A stretch of DNA of 63,179 nucleotides, filler included, from Intoshia linei (taxonomy: Eukaryota > Animalia > Orthonectida): the NCBI GenBank assembly GCA_001642005.1. It is 7 parts of 7 records of this genome, joined end to end, with 100 filler letters (N's around TTAATTAATTAA, not from the genome) between each part and the next. Parts side by side here need not be neighbours in the genome. Positions count along the whole stretch, not along the records: positions 46,971 to 54,403 come from LWCA01001552.1; positions 54,504 to 58,811 come from LWCA01001966.1; positions 58,912 to 61,002 come from LWCA01002413.1; positions 61,103 to 63,179 come from LWCA01002420.1; 3 more parts are not named here. One strand, given 5' to 3'. This document shows positions 48,675-62,661 of this stretch, piece after piece. The notes under the pieces were generated by a model, which saw only the letters and a list, made by a program, of their open reading frames with translations, ran no database searches and had not been told where the DNA came from. The position numbers were made by a program, and so were the translations under genes. Numbering within the stretch: position 1 is the stretch's first letter; each line of letters begins with the position of its first letter.

Positions 48675-51600
48675 CCGACAACGTAAACAAACAAAAAAAG
48701 ATAAATACACATCATTTATAATGGGAAATATGCGTAGTTCATTGGACGAAGTAACTAATTCTAACGATAAAAAAAACAATACAAACAATAAATGTCACAG
48801 ATCTCGCTCACCTTTTTATAAACTGCTTAAATTTAATTCAAGAAACAAAAAAATAAAAAATCGTCAATATAAGTCAAATTCAACCTCCAGAATATCAAAT
48901 GTAGATAAATTAAATTCTGTTCAACCTACCAAACCGGACTATGTATTAGAAAAAAGGGAAACTAACAATCATGATTCAAAACATGATAAAAATACTGACA
49001 TGTATGGTTATCAACACATCGAAAATATTAAAAAATCAAAATGTATACATTATTCAGTTAAAATTGGAGAAACGAAATTTAATATAAACCACATTTATGT
49101 TGGATGGTGTGCCGAAGAAATTTTAAATGATTATTATGAAAATCTCAATACTATAGACATTGACAATATAATTTTAAATAATTTTTCAATTTATTCGGAA
49201 AAATCAAATAAACAGTAATATATTATTAAATAAAAGCATGGTAATGCAGGAGTGATCCTTTTGACTTATTTGGTTAATCATGCCAATATCATTAATTTAT
49301 CAATATTTATTTATCAAACATAAGCATATGAATTGTTTTTATTATCCCCTTTACACTCTTTGACACATATACGTCATTTGCATACACAATTTTATATTTG
49401 ATACACAGATTGATAACACAGATGTTATACAAAACACTATATACGTATACGTAAAAAGAAGTGTATGTGATCACTAGGACAGATTATTTATGACCAAAAA
49501 TTCAAAAAAAATATGACATTTATCAAAAGTAATATGACTTTTTAAGACGAATTCATTTATTATAGTACAGCTGAACCCAAATAAAGATACTGGGACCTTT
49601 ATCATTACAAATGTAATATTTAACGAATTTTTGACTTAGACTTACACAAGTTACGCTGTATATGAATCATAGTTATTGGACAGTGTTGTCTTATTTACTA
49701 GAAAGATATACTAAAAATGTATAAATAGTATGTAAAATTGTTTTAAATGAATACTTTTATTAAATTTATATTTCGTTTAGGTACATTAAAAAAGGTTTTT
49801 ATGTAATGTCTCTAAATGATATTATTTTTGCAACTTCTAACAATGGAAATTGTGATAATGATTTTGTTATAGAAAATGGTATTAAAATAACATGTATCGT
49901 CGACATTTATAGTGGAGAGATTAAATTCTCTTTCAATAATATCACTGTCGCATCGGATTGTGAGGTATAATATAAACATCACTAATAATTATAATCATTA
50001 ATGAATACTTGTAATTCTGTGAGAATGCAAATCTTAGTAGTATCTATCATATGTTATCATATGTATGTATAATACACAATGTATATGTTTTGATAGTGAG
50101 AATTTGAGAATTAAAAATTGCGTAGCAATGAAAAAAAATTCGAATAAATGAATTATATAGATTTTAACCATATTTCTATATTCGAAATTTTAATTTAGAA
50201 AATGTAGGATGATTATTTACTCTATAACTTTTAAATTTTATTTTAACAAATAAATATTGGTTGATAATACTTTAAAAATTATTTTTAGCAGGGAATACGT
50301 AGATTTATGGGGTGAAATTTTGTATTTATATCAACTGGAATAAGCTATATCACAATAATCTTTTTTTTAATATACGACCGTTAAATTAAATTTTTTTTTT
50401 AATAAAATAGTTTCGAATTAAAAAAATGAACATTAAAGTGCTTTTTTGACCATGAAGGCGTAACTTTATCAGAGTGAAATTTTTAACTTTTAATTTTATT
50501 TAACTGGATATAATTGTAACATCTGTCATTTTTTTTTAAATTTAAGACTGTTTTTAAAAAAAGGGTAATCTGGGATTTTAAAAATTATTTTTTTTACCAT
50601 ATTTTGTGAAATTTAAAATTTATGATAATGAGTATGAATTTAAAAACTATTTCAGAATGTATGTTTTATAAAGTAAGACTTTTTAATTTTTACAAAAAAG
50701 GGTAATTTGTGATTGAAATTATTTGTCTGTGTTAACAGGATACAACTATCAAAATTTATTTGTTTTCATTAAAAAAAAAAGGTAATTTGGTGTTTTGGCT
50801 CTGAAGATATAATTTTTTTAAGTTTAAATTTATGATAATATTTATGATTTTAAAATCAATATCAGAGTATATATTTTTTTAAATTCTCCAACTTGTTTGA
50901 TTTTCAAAAAAAGGACAATTGGGGTTTTTGACCCGTAAGATATGAGTTTTGGAGGTTGAAATTTATTTTGCTAGCACCCCGGAAAAAACTGTAATTGAAA
51001 TATGGACTTTATAAAATTTTAAGACTGGTAGTTATTGAAATAAATTAGAAAACACACACAAAAAATATTGCGTAGCATATTATTTAAGTAAGGATATAGA
51101 TATATGTAGATTCCTAACAAAATCAGAATTTTACCGGTCATAATATCAACAAACACTTGTTTGCAACAATCCATTACATTTTATCACATCGATGTAAAGG
51201 TAATTTTAGCTATAATACATTTATTACATTTTGGTACGTAATTATGAGCCATATTACAATTATTTTTTAACATTTTTTATATATGAACAGTGATCTTTAA
51301 ATAATATACTAGGAAAGTTAAAATATGAAATCCTTGCTTATACATAATACATACTTATTTGTATATAAGTATATTATATTATTATATAATATCTGAAAAT
51401 TCCATTGGGAGGTTGAAATTTATCTTATTATATGTCCCGGAAAAAACTGTAATTGAAATGTGGACTTGATAAAATTTTAAGACAGGTAGTTATTTCAATA
51501 AAATGAAACAATATCATAAACAAATATAGCGTAGCATATTATATAAGTAAGGATAATATCATCGTGATCACCTTTAAATTATGATTTTAACGCTGTAATT

Positions 51601-53833
51601 TTTGTGTTGGTGAAAAATATCGTGTTTATTAGTGTTTTATTGTATTTATTAGTGTACTACTAGTTTGTTCCATAAGTAATGTTTTATGGAACTTTATTAT
51701 AAATCACTATGTCATTATAAATATTTACTGTTAGTTTTATTCTTTTATTAATTTTGGAAAGATATGTATTCGATGCATGAATAATTTCCCTGAACCACGA
51801 TATTTGTAAATATTTTATGGCCAAAATTGTTGAATGATTTTTCCGATCATATTAAACATATATTTTCTTCTATAAACTCCATATCTATATCGTATACCTT
51901 ATCGTAATTTCATGGAAATATATGCAATGTGTATATTTAAGGAATTATTATAATTTATTTTATTGAAATTAACACAGACAGACAAATAAAGTTTATTAAA
52001 AAAAACGATATTACTAATGGAATGACCAAATATTTTCTGATTAAATTTTATAATATTTTAAGATATTTCAAATTAAAAATATTCTTATTCATAGTTATAT
52101 TTTAGCAATCAACAGATATTTGTAAATATTACAATTATTTATATGCGAAAAATATCAAACCCATAAAAAACACTTGGCCAAGAGCTGTTTATGCTGAAAT
52201 ATTGAATACAATGAACTGGAAATATGTACCATTACATTTCGATGATTTGAATTATACTACTCTAACAACATTTTCAAATTCTCAAAAATGTCATATAAAT
52301 GATTTAGCGGAATATCAACAACACTATTTAGAGTTAATTAATTTTATGTGTTGATTTGATTGACCTGTCATATCTAGAAATTTAAATTAGTGCATATTTT
52401 GTATATTTAAATGTAAATTTAACGTCGAAAAATTTTAATAAAATTGAATTTGATATTTTATTCTACTGGTACATTAGGGTGTCACACCCATCAAAAAATC
52501 AAGATTTAGTTTAGAAATTTAGTGCTAATTGTACTAAAAGTGTGTATTTTTAAAATAGAATAACTAATTCGCAATGAAAAACATTTAAGGCTATCTATTC
52601 GAGTTGCGTTTGTTATTGTAATTATCACTTTAAAAATATTATGGAGAAATTAAAACTTAATTTTATTTTTACTGAAATTGGCGTTTGAACTTTTAAACGT
52701 ATACCATCTTTATAATGTTGTTCTGCGTGTTTAGTTATACAGTTTATTTTTTTAAATTTGTTTCTAGCTCAATTTTTTAGGATTTTATGAAGCTAAATTT
52801 TATTCAATGCATAATATGAATTGCATATAATTTAGCAGATATGACCAATGGTCATTGACCATTTATAAGAGTAATTTCATTGAATTTTTGAATTTGTACA
52901 ATCAATATTTACATTTTTAATTTACTGTTAATCGAAATATTTTAAAAATATTAGTTGATAATATATTAAAATATATTTTTCAACGGGAATGAGTAGATTT
53001 CTGGGATTGAAATTTTGTATTTATATCAACTGGAATAAGATTTATCTTAATAATAATCTTTTTTTTAATTGTCGGACCAATAATTATTTCACATTTTTTG
53101 TTTTAATAAAATATATCGGAAAAGAATATATATAAATATATATATATATATAAATATTAAAATGCTTTTTTGACCGTGAAATTTTTTTGTGTGTGTTAAC
53201 AGGATAAATGTTAAAGGTTACTATAAAACTGTCATACGCAACTTAACCCGTGTCTGGACCATAAAATTTCCAAAAAAAGTACTAAAATTCACACCCCTAA
53301 TACTGATATTATATATTATATTATCATATATCTATTATTACATATTATACTTATAATATATTGTCTGAATTGGTGATATGAATATTTTTCTTATACTCTA
53401 ATGACCGTAAATAAAATCCGATTGTGTGCAAACGTGACATGATTACAAAGTGTTAATCTCTATATATTAAATGTAGCATTACATTGTTTTTATTTTAGGT
53501 GGTTAGATAGAGATATTATAATAAACATAATATAAGTATAAATAAACTTAATGTATTATGATATAATATGAATATGTAGAAACTGGACGAACATGATTAA
53601 TACATATCATATATCATGTTCAAATTTATATTATGAAAATATTTTGAAAGTACATCAATACATCAACCATCAGCAATGCTTACATGTTATCAAAAAAATT
53701 ATTTCATTAGGTAAGTCTACATAACCCTTTATTCAATGTATTTACATAATTCCTTAGATTTTAATGCAGCATTATCACTAGAATATATCAATTTATGGAA
53801 AACAATGTATTTGAAGATAAAGTCATTCATTGG
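48675..53833 (+). CDS. Highly divergent ryanodine receptor-like segment (DR2 - SPRY3 - junctional solenoid), partial
   Basis: Exons 48675-49214, 49781-49964, 51110-51199 and 52106-52332 join in phase: RSRSPF, HYSVKI...IYVGW, ITCIVDIYSGEIKFSFN, IPNKIRILPVII, WPR...WKYVP. Further exons 53580-53710 and 53758-53833 give TYHISC...YINHQQCLHVI...EYINLWKTMYL. Collinear with RyR YYSVRV..VWAGW, IGCLVD..G.MTF..NG, EPNTKLFPAVFV, CPPRL..W.RMP, LYRAVC..HVDQAQLL..GYYDLLISIHL. The frame is broken near 53533. Confidence 0.65.
52472..53302. mobile_element. Tc1/mariner-like MITE family (CATTAGGG-GTG termini)
   Basis: ta|cattagggtgtcacacc ... cacacccctaata. Same ends at about 17226-17240, 43440-43602, 53958 and 55873; related sequence at 145-240 (reverse complement). 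Confidence 0.5.
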
Positions 53834-55202
53834 GTAAATTTTACTAAGTCGTATACAGTAAAGTAAGTTAATCCTTCTCATTAGCCAATTATAATTTTAA
53901 TTACAACTATAATATATAATTATACATCAGACATCGGAATAGCCTGTAGAATGTACAGTAGGGTGTCACACCCATCAAATAATTAAGGGCGGTTAGTGCG
54001 GAAATGGTTTATTATCATGATATATAAAATAATCTAGAATAGGGTGTTGCAAAGATGCCGATTCGAGTTGCGCTCATCATTTTAAATATCCTTTTGAAAA
54101 TTGTATAGAAAAATTAAAATTTAACTTTATTTTTTGTTTATTTATAAGAAATTATTCTTAAATAACAATGAAATTACTGTGCACAGTAATGTACAGTGTA
54201 CATGCTTAGAATCTAAGCTTATCTAAGCCTTAGATAAACCCCGACAAAACCTTAGAGAACCTGTATTATATTGAAATATAACGAAAACTAAAATAAATTA
54301 CATTCTAATTTTTTGAATACTAAAACAATCTGGTATATCAGTTATTGCTCCGAATTTTAAATTGTGTAATTATGTATACTTTTTTTATAATTTGAAAATA
54401 AAANNNNNNNNNNNNNNNNNNNNNNNNNNNNNNNNNNNNNNNNNNNNTTAATTAATTAANNNNNNNNNNNNNNNNNNNNNNNNNNNNNNNNNNNNNNNNN
54501 NNNAATAATAATAATAATAAATAAATAATAATAATAATAAACAATAAACAATAAACTTAAATTTCATAAAACTTTATCTAATATACAATTTGTTTGCAAA
54601 AACCTTATTTAGGGTACCGAGGAGTCGGTATTTGTAATAAATATAATTTAAATTACTTTTTAGATGAAATCTACAAGAGTTTCATTAAATGAAATTAACA
54701 GAGTTAACGTTATTTCTGATAAATTGAACGATATGTCATTAAGTTTAGAGGTAATATAATTATACATTCCCAATGGATTTTTACATTTTTTAGTGCTTTA
54801 TACAGTGAACTTTGCAGCAATTGACCGTTTTTTTTTAGATTATAATAATTTTTATAACGGATTAAAGCAGTTTATTATTTTATAAGGTCGCTATTACATG
54901 TTTATATAGTTACTATTACAAATTTTAATTTTGAATCAAGGCAGAATTTTAGTCCTTTTTGTATCGACAATGTGACAATGTGGAAATGTCATAATATAAT
55001 TGGCCATCTTTGATTTGGGATTTTTTGTAAGAATATATTATATTATATTAAGTATTATAATACTTGATAGCTCCATAATTCTATTTTGCTTTGTATATTG
55101 TATATTTATATATTGGACTTGTATGTTTAAATTTTATGTTTGGATTATTGAGAGTTGTCCTGAAATGTATATACACTGTATATACATTTACTGTATATTA
55201 TA

Positions 55203-55290
55203 CAGTAGAAGCCGCTTATATTGATCATATTGGGACAGAGCAGTTTTGATCACTATAAGATAGTAGATCACTAGTAGATAACTTTATTTG
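55203..55290 (+). mobile_element. Tigger/pogo-like terminus
   Basis: ta|cagtagaagccgcttata resembles pogo-family TIRs; no partner end found. Confidence 0.35.
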
Positions 55291-58048
55291 TTTTAATATT
55301 CGATGAAAGTTATGGATACGAAATATTACATAAAAATATTTGAATAGCATTTATTTAGACAAGAAATAATCATCAATTTTAGATTGTACTAACTGAAATG
55401 GTGGGCAATTTTTTTTATTTAATTTATTTGTTTTTTTGGAACAGATGGGATGTAATTAAAATCATTCTCATATTTTATTTCAGTATTAGAAATTGTTTTA
55501 ATTGGTTCGCATTTGCATTCCCGTTTTTCTGTTATTTTTATTTTGAATGGCTGTATATTACATAATAATGAATAACTGACAACACGAGAAATCTTGAGGC
55601 ACGAAGACGAATACGTATGAAGTAAAATAGCACATACAGTATACAAAAATACACCGTGTTTAGGTAACATTATAATAGATAGTTAGACAAGACACCCCAC
55701 AATTAAGCGCTTATTTTTAGGACAATCGATAAGTGCGGGAATGAATATCAATAACCCAATAAATTTGTCTCGACGTTGATATTAGCATAGAAATATTTAC
55801 CAAAATAATAAATGTCTTTACGCTGTTTATTACGTTTATCAGTGGGTGTACTTTTGATATAAAAATTTGAGTTACACCCCTAATCTATACTCCTGGTCAA
55901 AAAACCATTTATTGAATAGTATTCTATTCAGCTTTTCCACTTCTATTAAAAAAATTCATTCATACTATATCTCAGATTCTTTACGGTGTGAAATAACGAC
56001 AGTACCATAAATGCTTTTAAATGCCTACAAAAATTAGATCGGTTACATTCATTAACGGTGAATTAGATAATGACACCGTTAATCGACTTGAAATTAATAA
56101 TAATCATAAAAAATAATATANATGACACCGTTAATCGACTTGAAATTAATAATAATCATAAAAAATAATATAATAATAATAAATTTCAGTTCAAAATATA
56201 ACAAACAAAACGGATGTTATTTGTAGTATCGTATGTTAAATTTGGTATAAAAACGTTAGATTTTAATAAACAAGTTCAGTTTAAGTCTTTAGGTCGATAA
56301 TTAGTTTCAACTGCGTTGCTAGTTATTTTTATTGCATTTCTCAAGAATTTACGCTTTAGATTATTTTTGGATTTTGAGACGAGAGTTAAATAGATGATAA
56401 TCTAATAATTTCGTGTTTTGTTGATTTGAGAATTTATTCAAATCGAATAGAAATTCATATAATGTAGTAACTCAATTTTAGTTAATGTATTATTAGTAAT
56501 TACCAGAAAGTTTAACGACACAATTTAAATTACATAAAGTTAATATATTTTTAACTCTTTGACGTTTTTGCGACTTCTTAAAAATAAGAGCAATAGAACT
56601 TTCCAGTTTTATCGCAAATATCTATTTAATGGTCACAGTTCAGATTCTGAACTAAAAGTACATTTAGTAGTCTAATAAGTTAAAAAAATTTTATACTGTG
56701 TACAAGTAAAATGTCATGTCTAATTTAATTTTTTAATAAAACAATGCGTTCATAATCAATATTTATACTGTTCTTACTTGAAGGTATTTAGTCAAATAAA
56801 ATTTTAAATAATTCCATTTTTGAATACATTTTAGGTGTTATTTATGAATGTATTAACTAATAATTGCAATCTACAATTTTTTGTTGAGTTTAACTTATGA
56901 GCGATAAAATTACTTATGTCAGTTTAACTTAAATCCTGACTGAAATGTAAATTTTTATAAACCAAATCGTAATTAAATGGGTGGCGTGTACTTGTAAGTA
57001 ATAATAGAAGTTTAGAAATCTTACCTATTTGTTGTTTGAGAGTCTGACAGTTACTATATAATAATATTACTTTAATTTAGATAGATAGTCAATGGGACAA
57101 ATTAATTGTCCAATCACAAGAAATTATGAACTCTAAAAATTTACAAAATGTAATTTATACTTTTTGATTTTTTTCAATAGTCTTATTTGTAAATTAAAAT
57201 ATCCTACAGATACGATACAAGTATAATTAATAGATAATTAAATAATTGTTAGATAAATAATTAACTTTATGATTGTAAGGCTAAATATTTTACATATCGA
57301 ACTTTTCTATCGAAGCTTATGTAATTGTATTAAATTTATGTTATTATTTTAGATATCATCTTTGTTAAGAAATATGGAGAATTTACTCGTAACCATTTAA
57401 TCATATTTATTTCTGAAAATTTAATATAAAAATATAGAATTCTATAAAAGACAAGAATGCACAACACAAAAAGAAAAATGAGCATATCCAATATTTATAT
57501 GGTCAATTTTGCGAAATTGCTGAAAATAAAACTATTGAATGTCTATCATTACACGATCACGGTATACTCATAACTAGAGCCATTAAATATTATACTCTAA
57601 ATTCGTTAAGCAACAAATTATAGCAATGATTTACATTTTTGTTATTTTGTTTGATTCTATTCTGTTTTGATATTTTAGGAATCTTCTTCAATTGTTAATT
57701 TTGTATAGAAGGCTGATCGCTTTATCTACTGTGAAGTCTTGATTTTAATGTTTTAGATAATGAATATTAAGCAATATACGTTCTATATTTAAATTAAGAC
57801 AATTTAGAATGTACAAATATATTATCAATCAGTAACTATAGTTCATAAAGGTGAACTGTACATTTATAATCAATACTGGATAGAATATTACACCTCCGCA
57901 ACAGATCAATGTTCCGTTAGAAATCTTTGAGGTTTTTTGCATTTCTCATTATCACGTAGTTTGTACAAGGACTGTTGTTTATTTATTCAAGGGTTTATTG
58001 GAGTAAAATGTTTTGTAAAATATGATGGAGATTCAATGAACGTGTGCA

Positions 58049-58674
58049 TCAAAATTTTTTTATACTTTTATTGTGAAGATTCTTTTGAAAACTGATTTGA
58101 TTTATTAACTTAATACTATCAAATTTTTTATTGTACATATCATATCCTAAAACTATATAAGTAGGAGGCACACCTGTACGTGCAAATGTACTAGATAGTA
58201 AATCAATCAGAACACACCGTAATAATACATCCGATTGGTTATTATCATTAAATATATGTAACCTTTCTCGTATAGTTCTATTCATACGTGGTACCAACCC
58301 ATTGGATGGTGTTGATAGGGTGCAAAATGAGTTTTGTCTATGATATATAATTTACATAATCTGGACATCACATGAGCCTCGAATTGTTGCGCACCATCAA
58401 AATGAATTTGTTTAGGCGGACCATATTTTGAAATTATGTGAGATAACAACACATCAGCAATCGAAACAGCATTAATGTTACATAAAGGCGCAGCTTCTAT
58501 CCAACCCGAAAAGTGATCTACCATCACTAGAATATATCCGTTTAATCTTGTGGTTTTAGGTAACAGCCCTAACACATCTACTTGCCAAAGGTCATTAAAA
58601 TTAAGAGTTTGTACATGATTTAATTTATTCCACTTATTATGATTCCTATGTTTATTTGAACTACAGTCATTCAC
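58049..58674 (-). pseudogene. Degenerate Gypsy-type integrase
   Basis: WQVDVLGLLP...YILVMVDHFSGWIEAAPL...YGPPKQIHFDGAQQF...APYQ, then frameshift to RMNRTIRERL. Confidence 0.85.
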
Positions 58675-58911
58675 ATTTTGTACTATTAAATTCCTTATTT
58701 TTCATACTTTTAACTTCAACAAGTAACGTTTCTTCCGTAATAAAATTATCATTTTCGCTCTGTTCAACAAACCAACCGTAAAGGTTTTTTTCGACCACTG
58801 AACATTTTGGTNNNNNNNNNNNNNNNNNNNNNNNNNNNNNNNNNNNNNNNNNNNNTTAATTAATTAANNNNNNNNNNNNNNNNNNNNNNNNNNNNNNNNN
58901 NNNNNNNNNNN

Positions 58912-59182
58912 TAGGTACGGATCTACATCTACGTTCTATAAACCAATAGAATAATGCCTCTTCCATTTTAGAATATAAGAATTTTCTAAAATTTTTGCGT
59001 TTTTTAAAATTTACATAAAACATTTTAGAAGAATTAATCAATTTGTCTTTATTCTTTTTTATGTAATAAATAGTACTCCTTGATACTTCATATTTATTAG
59101 ATAATTCAGATGGTTTCATTCCACTATTAATATCCTTTAAAATTTTCAGTTTTTGTGATATATTTAAATACATTATGGACAA
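58912..59182 (-). mobile_element. Tigger/pogo (CENP-B-like) transposase N-terminus, truncated by a linker
   Basis: HTH_psq LNISQKLKIL...SELSNKYEVSRSTIYYIKKNK, then HTH_Tnp_Tc5 MEEALFYWFIERR...VP. Confidence 0.85.
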
Positions 59183-59446
59183 AATTAAATGATAGTAACT
59201 TTTTTACAAATTTGAAACTTACAAATTACAAAGAAAAATAAACTTCAGATTTTGTCTAAATATCGTGAATAATTTGACATTTTGTCAAAATATAGTGTGT
59301 GAGAATGACCTGTACAATGTATTACACGTTTTTAAAAAATTCTAAAATTTAAAATTGTAATTAATGAGTTTTAAAGTGCCTTAAAACGTACGTTGAAAAT
59401 TTGCCGATGCATTATTGAAAAAAATGTGTATTAAATTATAAATTAC

Positions 59447-60933
59447 TTGAGTCACTATCTGACGTTAATTTTGGTTTAATAGTATATCCTTCAGAATCAA
59501 TATTTACTTGGTGTTTTTCAGTAGTTTCACCTTCATGTCTATCATTATTATCTTCACCTGCACATAATTCTTCACTCTTATAAAATTAATAAAATTGTAC
59601 ATTTTGAAGAAATAAACCTTTTTCCCCTTTCTATCCCTAAATATAAAATAAAAAATAAAAAATGTAACAATTTACCTACGTTTGCTTATGAATTTCTTGA
59701 AAATTCCTAAATTATATATTATATATAGTTTTTATGCATATATAAATATATAAAAAATTACCCTTATTTTTGCGAAACTTATTGATAGATATACCATTAC
59801 AGCTTTCAAATTTGGCAAGTTCTATTCAAATAATAAATTTTAAATTAAAATTTTAACAATTTCACAATACAAGTATATTGTTTTACTAGGTTTTTCCGTT
59901 CCAGTAGCATTTTGTATGGCAAATTCATGAATCATTTTATCACAGTCTGTCTCCTCTACTGCACTACTACGAGATTCAAATTTCTATGAAATTATTGTAG
60001 TAACACTTTTTATTTTTTTTAATGTAAATAAATACCTCTAAAATGTCTTTAAAAATCTTAATTGTATCTTTGTTGAACATGTCGATAAAAACTTTCATAG
60101 ATTCGATAAACATTTTTTTTCGATCATAAAGAGTCTAAACAAAAATTGAACAAGCAATTTGAAACAGATAATACTATTAATCCGTTAAACGCAAACTGGT
60201 TATAATTTGTTAGTGCGTGGTTGTATTTTTCAATAGCATTTTTGTATTTTAATTCTATAAAATTTAAAAAGTCTAAATAAAAGATTACCAGATTTTTTCA
60301 AATTAAGAGAAAGTTGAATTTGCTTTTTACTGGACTAAATAAAAAGGACGAATCAGTTTTAAATTTAAAAATTACAATTTGCATTTCGTCACTTTGCGGA
60401 GAACGGATATTTTCAACGTATCTAGAATAATAGTAATCTTTTTCTTTAATCAACTCCACTTTGCATTTATTCAAATTCGTGATACTTTCAAATACAGGGT
60501 TTTTGTCTCTAAACTGCTTTTTTATGATGAGAAATAAACTTTCCAACATTTTTGAAGGAGCTATTGTTTTTGTCAATAAAGGAAATCATATCTTTGGATA
60601 TCGTCATGATTGAACTTGCGTACATAGTCATGTATTCAATTATAGTATTGATTTGAATGTGAATAATTTTTATAAAATTTGAAAAAGCACTACATTTTTT
60701 TATTTTTTCGTAAAAAGGGTAAAATTACCAATTTTGATCATTTTCCAATGAAGTTTGAATGAGTTTAGTCAATTTTTTCGTAAAACTATTGAGTAAAACA
60801 TTGCTAAACAAAATTTTAAATTTACTCATATTTTCACTACAAGTCATTATATAAATTGTAATAAAGTCTGCTATTTTGTATGTCCATTTTCCAATTATTG
60901 TAAACAAATTCTACGCCCATGTTTTTGGCACCC
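59447..60933 (-). pseudogene. FCHo/Syp1-family F-BAR gene, multi-exon, partly damaged
   Basis: Exons give GAKNMGVEFVYNNWK / KIADFI, FTKKLTKL, LIKEKDYYYSRYVE, YKNAIEKYN, MIHEFAIQNATGTEKP and NIDSEGYTIKP...SDSDS. These parallel FCHo2 GEKNSGFDVLYHNMK..LADFV, LIQKFAESKGTGKERP and VDEEGYSIKP..SDSDS. There is a frameshift and a lost donor in the first exon. Confidence 0.65.
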
Positions 60934-62661
60934 TAAATTAATTATTAAATCGTTTCATAAGTAATGTCGTTTTTATTGTAACTTTATTATAAATCATTAT
61001 ATNNNNNNNNNNNNNNNNNNNNNNNNNNNNNNNNNNNNNNNNNNNNTTAATTAATTAANNNNNNNNNNNNNNNNNNNNNNNNNNNNNNNNNNNNNNNNNN
61101 NNTGGAATTTTTGAAATGGTAAATTTTAAATATTATAATATAATCATATTTTTATAATAATAACAAACATAATCAAATACAGGTATGTCTCAATTTTGAT
61201 TGGGAAATCCCGGGAAATCGTAAAAATCTCGGGAATTTTGTCCCGGTTTTTTTCTCGGCACAATCACTACCTACTATACACCAGAGACAATACACATTAC
61301 AATGCATGAAAATTTATTTACATGTCAAATATACAAAATATTGCTTTCAATCGTATTTATATTCACTTGTTGATATTTCTAGTGAACTTGTTGATCCACT
61401 TGAAATTTCAGATATATTTGTAGTGACATTGATTGGACAAGATCGGGAGGCGATTTGTTTAATCTACATACATTATACAGTAAGCCTTAGATATCTTAAT
61501 TTTTGAATATTGTACATAGATTTATTATTATATTATACTTACCTCTTTATTTTTGGGATTCAGTATATTTGTAGAGTTTGCCATATTTTCTATTATATCA
61601 GCCTTATTTGATTTTTTAAAAATTGTATCTCTACATTATAATGATTACCATAAATGCATTGTATTGTTTAATATAAAACGTGCATTTAAGCCTAATCATT
61701 ATTTTATTGCAACATTGCAAAAATAATTCATAAATAAACTACACTTTTATTACTACTGTATTAGCGAAGTATATTTTAACACACTCATATGGAGATTTGC
61801 TAAATTTCCTATGAATATATTCATTTTTTAAAGTGATCAGTAATTGGCAATAACATTTAAAAAAAATTGTGACAACAGTAATTGTGAAAAAAGTTTCCAA
61901 ATATTTCTCGAACCTTCATTTTATAAACATTATTATTTATATTATTATCATTATTATTATACATTGTATATAATTATGAACTGAGTATAGACAGTGTTCC
62001 TATTACAGGGTGTTCATTTTAAAACTATACTTTCAGTGTATATTCGATGAATATTATTCATATAGAAAAGTATAGTTATAATTAGAGTAGACAAAAACGA
62101 ATAAAGTGATCGAAAAACCCTTTTACACTAAAATGATTGACATTTGCTCGTTTTAATACAAATATTGCATGATTGCTGGGAATGTAAAAATGTGTTTGTT
62201 TTTTAATTTATAGTGCTCAATTTTTTGAAAATTTACTCGCTTTTTTGTGTTTACCATATGTAAGACTTACATTGTAGTAACATTAATAATGTTACATTAT
62301 ACATTGTAAGTAGACATTTTTTATTATGGTATAATTTATAAAGTAAAATCTTTATATTTAAATTTTAAATTTAAAAAGTTTCACATTTTCACGTTTAATT
62401 TTATATTTTAACACTTTTACAGTAATTTTTATTTTCTTAAGAAATATCTCAGTCGTTTTCTCTTTCTCAATTTATAATATTATATCTTAATTTCATTGGT
62501 CCTTAAAATGGTAAATAAAGTATGTAATATTCCAAGCATTCCAATGTTAGTCGTATTCCATAATTCCATAAAAGAAAATTTTATTTTCTAAAAAACAATG
62601 AAATAACTATGATTTGTACGCTATCGTAAATTGTATTTTCAATACATTTTCTATAGAAAGT

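Noticed and set aside
55000-55670. Hydrophobic short ORFs (55000+, 55419-)
   Set aside because: Composition expected from AT-rich noncoding DNA; no supporting motifs.
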